A stretch of 64,000 nt of DNA from Candidatus Enterousia intestinigallinarum. Its GTDB lineage: Bacteria > Pseudomonadota > Alphaproteobacteria > Rs-D84. Below are positions 1 to 10,084 of this stretch, piece by piece. The DNA lies in NCBI GenBank assembly GCA_018716885.1, contig DVJI01000009.1:7448-71447 (forward strand), written 5' to 3'. Within the stretch, counting starts at the first letter, position 1. Each line of letters opens with the position of its first letter. The notes under the pieces are model-generated. The model worked only from the letters and a program-made list of their open reading frames with translations, made no database searches and was not told where the DNA came from. The translations under genes and the position numbers were made by a program.

Positions 1-211
1 GTCAGTTGACTTGGGCGTCTGATAAAGAAGATTTTCGGATGAATATGAACGCGTTATTATCAGACGTTATGGCGTAAACATATATTTGTGTAATTGTCAA
101 GCATTTGTTATCGTTTGTTATAATTCCTTGACACTTGTGTCATAAAATGATAGTTTTAAGTAATGACGCCCGAAAGTGGGCCACAAATTTAACAAAAACA
201 AAGGATAAAAA

Positions 212-445
212 ATGACAACTTTTGAAAAAGTAAGAAAAATCGTAGCCGACAAATTGGGTGTTCAGGAAGCGAAAATTGAAGAAACATCCGCATTTGTGAA
301 CGATTTGGGTGCTGATTCCTTGGACGTTGTGGAATTTGTTATGGAAGTTGAAAAGGAATTTGACATTACAATCCCAGATGAAGAAGCCGCGAAATTGACA
401 ACCGTTGGCGACGCTGTTAAATATATCGAAGCGCACAAAAAATAA
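212..445 (+). CDS. acpP: acyl carrier protein
   Basis: 77 aa; the conserved phosphopantetheine-attachment motif [10 protein letters not shown]; sits upstream of fabF as in the canonical fab cluster. Confidence 0.95.
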   Translation: MTTFEKVRKIVADKLGVQEAKIEETSAFVNDLGADSLDVVEFVMEVEKEFDITIPDEEAAKLTTVGDAVKYIEAHKK

Positions 446-474
446 TTCTGGGGGATATGCCAGATTAAATATAA

Positions 475-512
475 ATCCGTCACGGTATTTGTTTATCGTT
501 GACGGATTTTTT
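475..512 (+). terminator. intrinsic terminator/attenuator between acpP and fabF
   Basis: inverted repeat tccgtca...tgacgga followed by a T7 run. Confidence 0.5.
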
Positions 513-584
513 TCTGTACGTATGCTTAGAAACAGTTTATTATATGGTTGTGTTTTATGTAAAACTTATAAAGGATAAAAAAGT

Positions 585-1838
585 ATGAAAAGAGTTGTTA
601 TTACTGGTATGGGTATTGTGTCGCCGGTTGGAACGGGAATTGAATATGCGTGGAAAAATATTGTGAACGGTGTTTCCGGTGTACGCAAAATTGATACGTT
701 CGATGCGTCTGACCTGACATCACAGATTGCGGGGTTGCCGGTAATTGGAACTGAACCCGGCCAGTATAATCCGGACGCGGTTGTTGATGCGCGTGAACAG
801 CGTAAAATGGACAAGTGCATTATATACGGTATTGTTGCCGCGGATGAGGCGATACGTGACGCTGGACTGATTGATTATGACGGTGATAAAACACGTATGG
901 GTGTGTCCATCGGTGCGGGTATTGGCGGATTAAATACCATATATGACAACTGTGTTGAATTGTATGCAAATGGGCCGCGTCATATCAGTCCGTTCTTTAT
1001 TCCAAAAGTTATTATCAATATGACCGCGGGTCACGTATCAATCAAGTACGGATTAAAGGGACCGAATTTATCCGTTGTTACGGCGTGTGCGTCGGCCGCC
1101 CACTCAATCGGCGAAGCCGTTCGTCTGATTCAGCACGGTGATGCGGATGTTATGATTGCCGGTGGTTCCGAAGGCGCGGTTGGTAAAATCGGTGTTGCCG
1201 GCTTCTGCGCGATGAAGGCATTGTCAACACGTAATGATGAACCGGAAAAGGCGTCACGCCCGTGGGATAAAGACCGCGATGGATTTGTTATGGGTGAAGG
1301 TGCCGGTATTCTGGTTCTGGAAGAATATGAACACGCTGTTGCACGCGGTGCAAAAATTTATGCCGAGGTTGCCGGATATGGCCTGTCGGGTGATGCATAT
1401 CATATTACTGCACCCGCACCAGAGGGCGAGGGCGGCTTACGTGCGATGCAGGCCGCATTGAAAGATGCTGGATTGACCCCGTCGGATGTTGATTACATCA
1501 ATGCACACGGAACATCAACCGGATTGGGCGATTTGGGTGAATTGGCCGCAGTTAAAACTTTGTTCGCGGGCACAAATGCGTGTATGTCTTCCACGAAATC
1601 TATGACGGGACATCTGCTGGGTGCTGCTGGCGCGGTAGAGGCGATATTCTGTGTCCTGGCTATACGTGACGGAATTGTTCCGCCGACAATCAATTTGGAA
1701 AATCCGGTGGACGAAGTTGGCGATTTCAACCTGGTTCCGAATGTTGCCCAGCAACGCCCGGTAAATGTTACTGTCAGTAACTCGTTCGGGTTTGGTGGCA
1801 CAAACGCCAGTTTGGTTATCAAACGATTCGAAAAATAA
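585..1838 (+). CDS. fabF: 3-oxoacyl-ACP synthase II (beta-ketoacyl-ACP synthase)
   Basis: 417 aa; VVTACASAAHSIGEA active-site Cys region, the HGTST and GHLLGAAG motifs, and the C-terminal SNSFGFGGTNASLV. Confidence 0.95.
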   Translation: MKRVVITGMGIVSPVGTGIEYAWKNIVNGVSGVRKIDTFDASDLTSQIAGLPVIGTEPGQYNPDAVVDAREQRKMDKCIIYGIVAADEAIRDAGLIDYDGDKTRMGVSIGAGIGGLNTIYDNCVELYANGPRHISPFFIPKVIINMTAGHVSIKYGLKGPNLSVVTACASAAHSIGEAVRLIQHGDADVMIAGGSEGAVGKIGVAGFCAMKALSTRNDEPEKASRPWDKDRDGFVMGEGAGILVLEEYEHAVARGAKIYAEVAGYGLSGDAYHITAPAPEGEGGLRAMQAALKDAGLTPSDVDYINAHGTSTGLGDLGELAAVKTLFAGTNACMSSTKSMTGHLLGAAGAVEAIFCVLAIRDGIVPPTINLENPVDEVGDFNLVPNVAQQRPVNVTVSNSFGFGGTNASLVIKRFEK

Positions 1839-1840
1839 AA

Positions 1841-1868
1841 AAAATCCCGCCACTGGCGGGATTTTTTA
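1841..1868. terminator. bidirectional intrinsic terminator
   Basis: hairpin atcccgcc-actg-ggcgggat flanked by A and T runs. Confidence 0.7.
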
Positions 1869-1935
1869 TGCATAAAACTATTGAACAAAAGTAAGTATAT
1901 ATTGATATAAAAACAGCGGGATATTCCCGCTGCTT

Positions 1936-3624
1936 TTATTTTTGTTTTTCGTCGTCCTTGCTCAAACCAATTACATTTTTTACAGGTTCTATGATTGTAT
2001 CCTTGGCGCTGTCCAATGTGCGAATTAAAGCACGACGAATTTTACCAGATATTGTCATAGGCAAACTGTCAACGAATTCAATTACGCGCGGATATTTATA
2101 TGATGCAGTACGCGCGCGGACGTGATCTTGTAATTGACGGATTAAAACGTCGGTGCCCTGGAAATACTTGTTCAGTACGATTGTTGCCTTGACCGCCATT
2201 CCGCGCGATGGATCTGGGATTCCGGTAACGGCCACTTCGCGTACGGCGGGGTGTTCCAACAGGACGCTTTCAACCTCAAACGGGCTGACACGATATCCAG
2301 ATGTTTTTATCAAATCGTCGTTACGCCCAACAAACCAATAATATCCATCATTATCACGATATGCAACGTCGCCGGTATGATAAAATCCATCGCGGAATAC
2401 CTTAGACGTCAATTTATCGTTTTTATGATATCCCTGGAATAAGCCAACCGGATGACCATTTTTCAGTGATACGCAAATTTCACCAACTGTGCCGTTGGGA
2501 ACAGGGCGGCCACCTTCGTCCAATAATTGAACGTCCCAACCAGCGGCCGGCATTCCCATACTGCCGGGTTTGGGTTCAATCCATTGGCTCGTAAACATCA
2601 TAACACACGTTTCTGTTTGGCCAAATCCTTCGTGTAATTTTATGCCCGTGGCCTTTTGAAAACGTTCAAAAACTTCTGGATTTAGTGCTTCGCCAGCGAC
2701 GTCCGCTTTGGTTAAAGCAGATAAGTCATATTTGCTGAAGTCCGCGTGTATCAGCATTTTATATACAGTCGGGGGCGCACAAAATGATGTTATATGGTTT
2801 TCCGCCATTGCTGATAACAAATCGTGTGCAGTTGCAATGCCCGAAAAATCAAATACAAATACTGTTGCACCAGCCAGCCATTGACCGTACATTTTGCCCC
2901 ACGAACATTTTGCCCAACCCGATTCTGATAATGTAAAGTGAATATCACCGTCGTGCAGGCGTTGCCAGAACATAGCCGTATTTATATGTCCCAATGGATA
3001 TGCGAAGTTGTGCGCGACCATTTTGGGCATATCCGTTGTTCCACTGGTAAAGTAAATTACCATTGTGTCGCTGTTTTCGTTTGGCACGCGTTCCAGTGTA
3101 TCCGGCATAGTACTAATTGATTTAGCCACTTCGTCATTTGATATCAACTGGACATTTCTGTTACCAATCGCAGTTTTTATTTCGTTTAGAATATGGCCGT
3201 CATCAAATACTATTATTGCCTTGGATTCAGCTTGTTCAATACGGTATTCAATATCTTCGGCCTTTAACTGATTTGTTGAAGGAATCGGAATTACGCCGAT
3301 TTTGTGCATTGCCAGCATTAAAATCCAATATTCCCAACGACGGCGCATAAACAGTAATACCGTGTCACCACGTGTCAAGCCGCGTGATAACAAAAAGTTT
3401 GCAACTGCATTTGACATACGTGATAAGTCACGAAATGTAAATTTCTTTTTTTCGCCCGAATCGTTTTCCCATAATAATGCGATATTATCAGGTGTTTCGT
3501 TTGCTAATACATCAATAACATCGTATGAAAAATTAAAGTGTTCTGGAACAATAGGGGCACCATTTTCAATATAATCATCATAATTATCAAATTTAGTTTT
3601 CTTTAAGAATTTAAGTCCAAACAT
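1936..3624 (-). CDS. AMP-forming acyl-CoA synthetase/ligase (medium-chain type)
   Basis: 562 aa; AMP-binding motif YFTSGTTDMPKMV, the TGD..GY..GR..DLIK.SGYRV motif and the C-terminal ISGKIRR. Confidence 0.85.
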   Translation of the reverse strand: MFGLKFLKKTKFDNYDDYIENGAPIVPEHFNFSYDVIDVLANETPDNIALLWENDSGEKKKFTFRDLSRMSNAVANFLLSRGLTRGDTVLLFMRRRWEYWILMLAMHKIGVIPIPSTNQLKAEDIEYRIEQAESKAIIVFDDGHILNEIKTAIGNRNVQLISNDEVAKSISTMPDTLERVPNENSDTMVIYFTSGTTDMPKMVAHNFAYPLGHINTAMFWQRLHDGDIHFTLSESGWAKCSWGKMYGQWLAGATVFVFDFSGIATAHDLLSAMAENHITSFCAPPTVYKMLIHADFSKYDLSALTKADVAGEALNPEVFERFQKATGIKLHEGFGQTETCVMMFTSQWIEPKPGSMGMPAAGWDVQLLDEGGRPVPNGTVGEICVSLKNGHPVGLFQGYHKNDKLTSKVFRDGFYHTGDVAYRDNDGYYWFVGRNDDLIKTSGYRVSPFEVESVLLEHPAVREVAVTGIPDPSRGMAVKATIVLNKYFQGTDVLIRQLQDHVRARTASYKYPRVIEFVDSLPMTISGKIRRALIRTLDSAKDTIIEPVKNVIGLSKDDEKQK

Positions 3625-3761
3625 CTTTTACTATTCCTTTATTCCTGTTGGATACCCCAAAAAGTATTGCAAAAAAAATTCCTGTAGTAAAAGGAAAATA
3701 ACAAATAAAAATAGTTGATTTTTTCCGTACGCAGTTGCATAATCGGGTTACTTTTGAAATA

Positions 3762-3821
<60 letters not shown>

Positions 3822-3838
<17 letters not shown>

Positions 3839-3861
3839 GAATTTGCCACCGTTGGTGGTAT
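3822..3861. repeat. direct repeat copy 1 (tRNA-Pro 3' end plus downstream terminator hairpin)
   Basis: cagtcactccgaccagaatttgccaccgttggtggtatttttttt recurs at 3976-4020 with 2-3 mismatches. Confidence 0.7.
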
Positions 3862-3975
3862 TTTTTTTGACTGGGGGCGAACCAGCGAAGTAAGCGGTTC
3901 GAACCGCAGGCGAGAGGCGAACGGCAGGGCGCCGGTGAAGCGCGTTACGCGCGAACGAGCCCAGGTGGCGCAGCA

Positions 3976-4020
3976 GCCCAGTCACTCCGACCAGAATTTG
4001 CCACCGTGGGTGGTGTTTTT
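3976..4020. repeat. direct repeat copy 2 (duplicated tRNA-Pro 3' end plus terminator); att-like remnant
   Basis: cagtcactccgaccagaatttgccaccgtgggtggtgttttttt; the intervening 113 bp is GC-rich and holds a T-arm-like hairpin gcggttcgaaccgc. Confidence 0.6.
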
Positions 4021-4062
4021 TTGTTTTTGTGATATAATTCTTGTATTGGCGAGGGAAAAAGT

Positions 4063-5361
4063 ATGGCAGAAGTACAAGATTTTGTGTCCGGTATTCAAAA
4101 ATTGCAGGATTTTGAAGATAACGTTCAGGCCCAGGTAAAATATATGTCTGATATGAATAACTGGGTTATGGTGCACGCAACCAAGTATATGCCACGACGC
4201 TTATCGGACGGCAGTTTGGCAATTCCAACGACTGCGATGGCGACAAATTACGATGTTCCGCGCGCCACGGTGCATACTACGCTGAATCATATTGTTGATG
4301 CAAATTCCGGTGGCAATTGGAACGATATGTCTGTTGTAATATTGGCGCCGTTTAATGATGTTGTTGGCAAAAATGAAAATCCGATAGAGGTTAGTTTGCT
4401 GGATACTTATTTCGCGCCGGATGTAAAAACAGGATTGGTTTTGCCGCCGTCGGCGCATATTGTGCGTGCCGGTGATGTGCCAGATGGAAAATTGTTTGAT
4501 GTTCAAAAAAATGAAACCGTTTATAAAATAGACGGTTTTACGGATTCTGAAAAACAGCAAATTATTGCACGTATGGGGTATATGGCTCGTGACAGATATA
4601 TGAAATTGGAACGCGGTGACATAGAAGATTGGGAAGTTAAACAGGCGCTGATGTTTGCAGGGCCGACAGCACAGAAACTGTATGACGGCGCACGGGACAA
4701 GTCGGCGTTTCTGCGCGGGATGTTTATTGATGAACAAAATGCGATATTGGCAAATACCGTACGTGATATGGCGGTTGACCAGACAATACGGGATATGGGC
4801 TATCGCAGAATAACATCCAGAAGTGATGCTGGGGATGTCGCGCAACAGGTTGCAAAAACTGCACTGGCAAACAAAATGTCCGGTAATGCAAGTAACAAGG
4901 GGCATTTTAATTCTGTACTGGCAAAACTGGAATGGACGTATGCCGATATAACATCTTTTTTCAAAGATAATTTGTTTAACCAATCGTCCGATCTTGACAA
5001 GTTATACAACTATATCAGTTCTGAATTAAATAAGCGTAAACCGTCGGTGCAGGCAACCGATTTCGTCAAAGATATAACGGGTGTCGCGCCGTTAGATTTT
5101 CATAAATATTTTAATGAAACCTTTGATTTTTGGGCACAGAATAATAAATTGGATGCGAAAAGTATCACCGAATACAACAAAAATGTATCTGTTACAGTTG
5201 ATAACTGGATAAAGAAATTTAGTAACGAATATATGCAGTGGCGTAATAAACTGCAATCAATGTCGGGGTATAATCAGTTTGTTACGCGACTGCGTGGGTT
5301 GATGGTCGCAAAAAATGCAGAAATGGCAAAACATATGCTAAATCGTGCAATGGGGGATTAA
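4063..5361 (+). CDS. hypothetical protein (432 aa, no signal peptide, no recognised motif)
   Basis: long ORF with RBS-like aggga upstream; lies just past the att-like repeat. Confidence 0.55.
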   Translation: MAEVQDFVSGIQKLQDFEDNVQAQVKYMSDMNNWVMVHATKYMPRRLSDGSLAIPTTAMATNYDVPRATVHTTLNHIVDANSGGNWNDMSVVILAPFNDVVGKNENPIEVSLLDTYFAPDVKTGLVLPPSAHIVRAGDVPDGKLFDVQKNETVYKIDGFTDSEKQQIIARMGYMARDRYMKLERGDIEDWEVKQALMFAGPTAQKLYDGARDKSAFLRGMFIDEQNAILANTVRDMAVDQTIRDMGYRRITSRSDAGDVAQQVAKTALANKMSGNASNKGHFNSVLAKLEWTYADITSFFKDNLFNQSSDLDKLYNYISSELNKRKPSVQATDFVKDITGVAPLDFHKYFNETFDFWAQNNKLDAKSITEYNKNVSVTVDNWIKKFSNEYMQWRNKLQSMSGYNQFVTRLRGLMVAKNAEMAKHMLNRAMGD

Positions 5362-5365
5362 AAAA

Positions 5366-5400
5366 GTTGCAATCTTCGTGATTGCAACTTTGTTTTTTAA
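5366..5400 (+). terminator. intrinsic terminator overlapping the mltG promoter
   Basis: hairpin gttgcaatc-ttcg-tgattgcaac followed by tttgtttttt. Confidence 0.5.
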
Positions 5401-5418
5401 TTGTATAATTGTTCTGCT

Positions 5419-6435
5419 ATGAAAAAAAGAAAAATAATCCCATCGAATAAGTATGTAAATATTATATGTGCAGTGGTTGTGCTGGTTGTTGTTGCGCTGG
5501 TGTACATATTTGGGGTGCGTTCCGTTGTTTCACGCGACGTGGTAGTTAACGTAACCCGCGGGGGCAGTGTTTCCAGTGTCGCGGAACAGTTGGTCGCACG
5601 TGATATAATCGATTCGCCAGTATTATTCAAAATTGCGGTGCGCGGCAATGGCGGATGCGTTCAATCTGGCCAGTATGATATTCCACGTGGCACCAGTGTA
5701 TGGCGTATTGCAAATATGTTTGCACACGGCGATGTCGCCGCCACAACCGTTGTCGTACCCGAAGGATTGACTGTAAAACAAATCAAGGAAATGTTGCTGG
5801 CGGATGAAAATCTGACTGGCGGGGTGGAATGCGGCCCAGATACCGATTTGCCGGTATGCAATCTGCGTGATGGTGACTTGTTCCCGGACACATACCGTGT
5901 TGCGCGTGGCACATCACGACTGGCGCTGTTGGATTTGATGCGCAAGAAAATGGTTGAATTGGAACAAAACTGGGATAAGGCGGGCAAGGTTGCACCACGA
6001 CCGCTGAAGACCTGGGACGATGTGGTGACATTGGCGTCCATTGTGCAAAAGGAAACGTCCAAGAAATCAGAAATGCCCATCGTGGCCAGTGTATATTTGA
6101 ATCGGTTGCGTGATAATATGCGCCTGCAGGCGGATCCGACGGTGGTTTATGCGCTGACGGGTGGATTGGGCGATATGCGTGGTCGGCCGCTGTTGCGCGA
6201 AAACCTGAAAATAGAAAGCCCATACAATACTTATACAAATTATGGGTTGCCACCGGGGCCGATTGCAAATGTGGGGCTGGATGCGATACACGCGGTTTTG
6301 TCGCCCGCCGATACGAACTATCTGTTTTTCGTTGCAGACGGGCGGGGTGGACATAAGTTTGCACGCACGTACCAAGAGCATATGAAAAATCACGCTGACT
6401 GGCGCGTAATAAAAAAATTTCAAAATGAAAACTGA
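5419..6435 (+). CDS. mltG: endolytic murein transglycosylase MltG (YceG family)
   Basis: N-terminal TM anchor; YceG motifs LASIVQKET, ADPTVVYAL, YNTY...GLPPGPI and FFVADGRGGHKFARTYQEH. Confidence 0.85.
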   Translation: MKKRKIIPSNKYVNIICAVVVLVVVALVYIFGVRSVVSRDVVVNVTRGGSVSSVAEQLVARDIIDSPVLFKIAVRGNGGCVQSGQYDIPRGTSVWRIANMFAHGDVAATTVVVPEGLTVKQIKEMLLADENLTGGVECGPDTDLPVCNLRDGDLFPDTYRVARGTSRLALLDLMRKKMVELEQNWDKAGKVAPRPLKTWDDVVTLASIVQKETSKKSEMPIVASVYLNRLRDNMRLQADPTVVYALTGGLGDMRGRPLLRENLKIESPYNTYTNYGLPPGPIANVGLDAIHAVLSPADTNYLFFVADGRGGHKFARTYQEHMKNHADWRVIKKFQNEN

Positions 6436-6501
6436 AAAAGCGTAATTTATTAAATCTTTTAATAATTTTGCTTTTGAATAAATTTTTTAATAGGATATTA
6501 A

Positions 6502-6530
6502 AAACGCCCGGCTTTCCGGGCGTTTTGATA
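6502..6530 (+). terminator. intrinsic terminator after mltG
   Basis: hairpin acgcccggctttccgggcgt followed by a T-run. Confidence 0.6.
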
Positions 6531-6608
6531 ATTTTTTGTGAATAAAATCCGATTCGCGCACTGGCGTATCATAGCATATTTAGGGATAAAATGCAAAAAT
6601 CTTTTACC

Positions 6609-6638
6609 TTGAAAACACCCCGAATCGCGGGTTAAAAT
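6609..6638 (+). promoter_or_regulatory. sigma70-like promoter (TTGAAA-N18-TAAAAT) for the OMP gene
   Basis: hexamer match about 55 nt upstream of the 6694 start. Confidence 0.3.
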
Positions 6639-6693
6639 ATTCCTAGCTAGGTAGAGAGAATCTAGTTTTTTAACTAAACCATAAGGATATAGT

Positions 6694-7458
6694 ATGAAAA
6701 AATTAGTTTTAACATCTTTGTTGGCAGTTTTTGCAGCGACGGGTGCGAACGCTATGGCAATAAATGATAATCCGATGTACCGTCCGGATGCCGGCAAATT
6801 TTATAGTGTTACAGAATTGAATTCTCATTCTGAAAATGCAGATTCGTGGATGTTGGCTGAAAAGTTTGGTTATGGTATAACTGATCGTGCCGCAATCTAT
6901 GTTGGTACAGATTTCAGCGAAATGGATTGGTTCGATGGTATGGGATGGAACACATTTGAAATCGGTGCCGATTACCGTCTGTTGGACGAAATGAATTGGA
7001 AGATTGATGCCTATGCATCATATGCGCTGAACCCGGTTTGGGGTGACCATCAGCCGTTCTTGGATGAAGATTACACATCTTATTTGTGGACAGTTGGTGT
7101 TCGTGCTGGCTATGTAACAGATATGTGGACAGTTGCCGGTCACGTTGAATTCAACTATGGCAATACAGAATCGTTCAACTGGGGTGATGATGGCATACAC
7201 ACACTGCGCGCCGGATTGGATGGTTTTATGTCAATAACGTCTGACTGGGCATTGTTGCTGGGTGCGGAATACACCGGTGTTATGGATGATTGGGCCGAAA
7301 ACGCAGGTGTTTGGACCGGAAAGGTTGGTGTGAACTATAACATCGACAATGATATGTATGTTGGTGCATACATCTCTGGTGAAATGGATCACAGCACAGG
7401 CGATTGGGAAATTGCTGATGGATTCGGTTTTGGCGTAAAGTTTGGGGCACAGTTCTAA
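6694..7458 (+). CDS. outer-membrane beta-barrel protein (family unknown)
   Basis: signal peptide MKKLVLTSLLAVFAATGANA, alternating aromatic/Gly strands, C-terminal ...GVKFGAQF with terminal Phe (OMP signature). Confidence 0.6.
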   Translation: MKKLVLTSLLAVFAATGANAMAINDNPMYRPDAGKFYSVTELNSHSENADSWMLAEKFGYGITDRAAIYVGTDFSEMDWFDGMGWNTFEIGADYRLLDEMNWKIDAYASYALNPVWGDHQPFLDEDYTSYLWTVGVRAGYVTDMWTVAGHVEFNYGNTESFNWGDDGIHTLRAGLDGFMSITSDWALLLGAEYTGVMDDWAENAGVWTGKVGVNYNIDNDMYVGAYISGEMDHSTGDWEIADGFGFGVKFGAQF

Positions 7459-7476
7459 ACCAGACGCTATGTATCC

Positions 7477-7508
7477 AAAAAAATCCCGCCAATGGCGGGA
7501 TTTTTTTA
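7477..7508 (+). terminator. intrinsic terminator
   Basis: hairpin atcccgcc-aatg-ggcgggat followed by a T8 run. Confidence 0.7.
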
Positions 7509-7538
7509 GAGAACAGAGTACAGATAACAGAGTACAAT

Positions 7539-7817
7539 TTATTGTTCTTGGTTGGGGGTGGGGATAATTTGTCGTTCAATCCAAAAATCCAGGCCAAACG
7601 TAAATATCTTTAATAATAAAACATCGGGTATTACCGCGCGGTCGTTTTCATAATGTTGCCATATCCGCGGACTGACACCGAACTGGCGTGCCATAAATTC
7701 AATTCCCACACCCATAATCATACGGGCTCGTTTTAATAATTGACCGGCGGTTTGTTGGGCACCAAAACTTTGGCGCAGTATTTCACGACGAAATTTTTGT
7801 CTGTGGTTATCGGACAT
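7539..7817 (-). CDS. XRE-family HTH transcriptional regulator
   Basis: 92 aa; helix-turn-helix GIEFMARQFGVSPRIWQHYENDRAVIP typical of Cro/C1-type regulators. Confidence 0.65.
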   Translation of the reverse strand: MSDNHRQKFRREILRQSFGAQQTAGQLLKRARMIMGVGIEFMARQFGVSPRIWQHYENDRAVIPDVLLLKIFTFGLDFWIERQIIPTPNQEQ

Positions 7818-8027
7818 TTTTATCCCCCCTAAAAAAATTATTCAATAAAAACACCGCCGTGATGAAGGGCGGTTGGAGGTTGTCTTTCGAGGTTCTTATA
7901 CCCCGCATTGGTAATCGGTCAATGTGCATCAATTATATCATAATGATTATATTTTTCAATCCTTATGATTTGATACCGATTGCGTGTATGCGGGGCGGGG
8001 TGCAATTATTGGGATATGGTTACGTAT

Positions 8028-8783
8028 ATGAACAAAATTGCATTTGCCGCGATGTTGGTATTTTTGACCTGTGGCGTATCGAACGCCGCGCGACTGGACG
8101 TCAGTCGACTGACGCAATCGGGGGAATTTTCCGCATCGTTTGGCGCGGCGTTCAAAACTGGTGCAAACAGTGACGACACTGCCCAGACGGACTTTATGTC
8201 TGGACGGGTGCACGAATTGTCGCTGGATTTGGACTATACGTTTTTGGACGATTGGACCGTGTCGTTCAGTACCGATAACGACTATGCCGATTCCCAGGTC
8301 GGTATTAAATGGAAATGGGTAACAAATCAGGCGTTTAAGTTGGATTTAATGGCGGACTATGGTATTGCCTGGACCAAAAATGCAAAGACCGATGTGCGAC
8401 TGGGGAATAATAACTTTGATTTTGGTGCGCGTATTCACGGCGTTGCGTGGCGCGATTTTCAATGGGCGTTAAAGGTTATGGGGCAGTTTGTTTTTGCAGA
8501 TCCGCAAAATTTCTGGAATATAAACTTGACAGCCGAAGCGATGTATTATTTCCGTGCCGATATGGCGACCAAGGTTGAGTTTGAATACGATTTTAATGAA
8601 ATCAGTGCGCCTGTGACACAATATGACCGGTCGGTTAAATTTGGGGTTATCTATAATATGTCGGATACCGCGTCCGTGCATCCGTATATAAAATATCATT
8701 TCAAAACTGCAAATGCGGATAACGATGTTGATGCGCCTGATGATTTTTGGAAAATAGGGCTGGAATTTTCGGTTGAATTTTAA
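8028..8783 (+). CDS. outer-membrane beta-barrel protein, paralog-like of 6694-7458
   Basis: signal peptide MNKIAFAAMLVFLTCGVSNA, C-terminal ...GLEFSVEF; similar size and composition to the upstream OMP. Confidence 0.6.
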   Translation: MNKIAFAAMLVFLTCGVSNAARLDVSRLTQSGEFSASFGAAFKTGANSDDTAQTDFMSGRVHELSLDLDYTFLDDWTVSFSTDNDYADSQVGIKWKWVTNQAFKLDLMADYGIAWTKNAKTDVRLGNNNFDFGARIHGVAWRDFQWALKVMGQFVFADPQNFWNINLTAEAMYYFRADMATKVEFEYDFNEISAPVTQYDRSVKFGVIYNMSDTASVHPYIKYHFKTANADNDVDAPDDFWKIGLEFSVEF

Positions 8784-8920
8784 TTGCTGTTTATTATTGA
8801 CATCGTTTGATGTTCAATAAATTTATACTAATAAAAAAATCGTCACGTTACGATATGATAAACATCCCGGTTTTTTGGGATTTTCCAGCGGTTTTTTTGA
8901 TAAAAAATCCCAGATTCTGC

Positions 8921-8949
8921 TTGACAATACGCGGGTTCGTGGTTATAGT
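8921..8949 (+). promoter_or_regulatory. sigma70 promoter TTGACA-N17-TATAGT for the rpsL operon
   Basis: near-consensus -35 and -10 hexamers with 17-nt spacing, about 150 nt upstream of rpsL. Confidence 0.5.
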
Positions 8950-9096
8950 ATGTTCGCTTTCCGTGTAAACAAGGAAAGAAAAAAACACAGAAATCTGCAT
9001 ATTCTGACGGATTTATAATCGCGGCGACGCCGTTGAAATAAGTCCGAAAGGTTGTCTTATGCAGATAAAAATGTACACAAAACAAAGAGATTTTGA

Positions 9097-9468
9097 ATGC
9101 CAACAGTAAATCAACTGATTCGGAAACCACGTAAGAAGGTTGTTGTTAAATCAACGGCACCGGATATGATGGAAGCTCCGCAGAAACGTGGTGTTTGCAC
9201 ACGTGTGTACACAACCACGCCGAAAAAACCTAATTCGGCCCAGCGTAAGGTCGCCCGTGTAAAACTGGCGAATGGTCGCGAAGTTACGGCCTATATCCCG
9301 GGCGAAGGGCATAATTTGCAGGAACACAGTGTTGTTATGATTCGTGGCGGTCGTGTAAAGGACTTGCCCGGTGTTAAATATCATATTATCCGCGGTGTTC
9401 TGGATACCAAGGGTGTCGAAAGCAGAAAGCAGGGACGTTCCCTGTACGGTGCCAAGGCCGGTAAATAA
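9097..9468 (+). CDS. rpsL: 30S ribosomal protein S12
   Basis: [14 protein letters not shown]...[11 protein letters not shown] conserved S12 sequence. Confidence 0.97.
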   Translation: MPTVNQLIRKPRKKVVVKSTAPDMMEAPQKRGVCTRVYTTTPKKPNSAQRKVARVKLANGREVTAYIPGEGHNLQEHSVVMIRGGRVKDLPGVKYHIIRGVLDTKGVESRKQGRSLYGAKAGK

Positions 9469-9537
9469 TAATACACGCGGCGCGGCCGTGTGAGTAATTC
9501 GGGATTGTCCCGGATGAAGAAACAAAAGGAAAAGTAA

Positions 9538-10011
9538 ATGTCAAGACGTAAAAGTGCAACTAAACGTGAAATTCTGCCAGATTCAAAGTATAATAATCTG
9601 GTCGTTGCAAAATGTATCAATGTTGTTATGTGGGACGGCAAAAAAGAAGTTGCCGAAAATATCGTTTATGGTGCATTGGATAAACTGAAAAAGATTGCAA
9701 AAGACGGTGATGAATTGGCCGCATTTTTGGAAGCGGTTGATGCCTTGAAACCATCAGTTGAAGTCAAGGGCCGTCGTGTTGGCGGTGCAACCTATCAGGT
9801 GCCGGTCGAAGTCAGACCTGCGCGTCAGCAGACATTGGCTTTGCGTTGGTTGATTATGTTTGCGCGCAAGCGCGGTGAACGTTCTATGGAAGACAGATTG
9901 TTCGGCGAATTGCGTGATGCGTTAAATGGCCAGGGTGGTGCGTTCAAGAAAAAAATTGATACCCACAAGATGGCTGAAGCGAACAAGGCCTTTGCGCATT
10001 TCCGTTGGTAA
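9538..10011 (+). CDS. rpsG: 30S ribosomal protein S7
   Basis: 157 aa; S7 family sequence; str operon position. Confidence 0.95.
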   Translation: MSRRKSATKREILPDSKYNNLVVAKCINVVMWDGKKEVAENIVYGALDKLKKIAKDGDELAAFLEAVDALKPSVEVKGRRVGGATYQVPVEVRPARQQTLALRWLIMFARKRGERSMEDRLFGELRDALNGQGGAFKKKIDTHKMAEANKAFAHFRW

Positions 10012-10084
10012 TCTGATTTACGCAATGGTTATTTAACAACAGGCAAACACAAACAACTAAAAATAAAATAAGGGAAAGAATAAT

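Noticed and set aside
4201-4983. 260-aa ORF on the minus strand
   Set aside because: Antisense to the better-supported 432-aa plus-strand ORF; Cys/Arg/Ile-rich composition typical of shadow frames.
7859-8173. 104-aa plus-strand ORF between the XRE regulator and the second OMP gene
   Set aside because: Overlaps the OMP promoter region and the OMP N-terminus in another frame; no RBS; likely non-coding.
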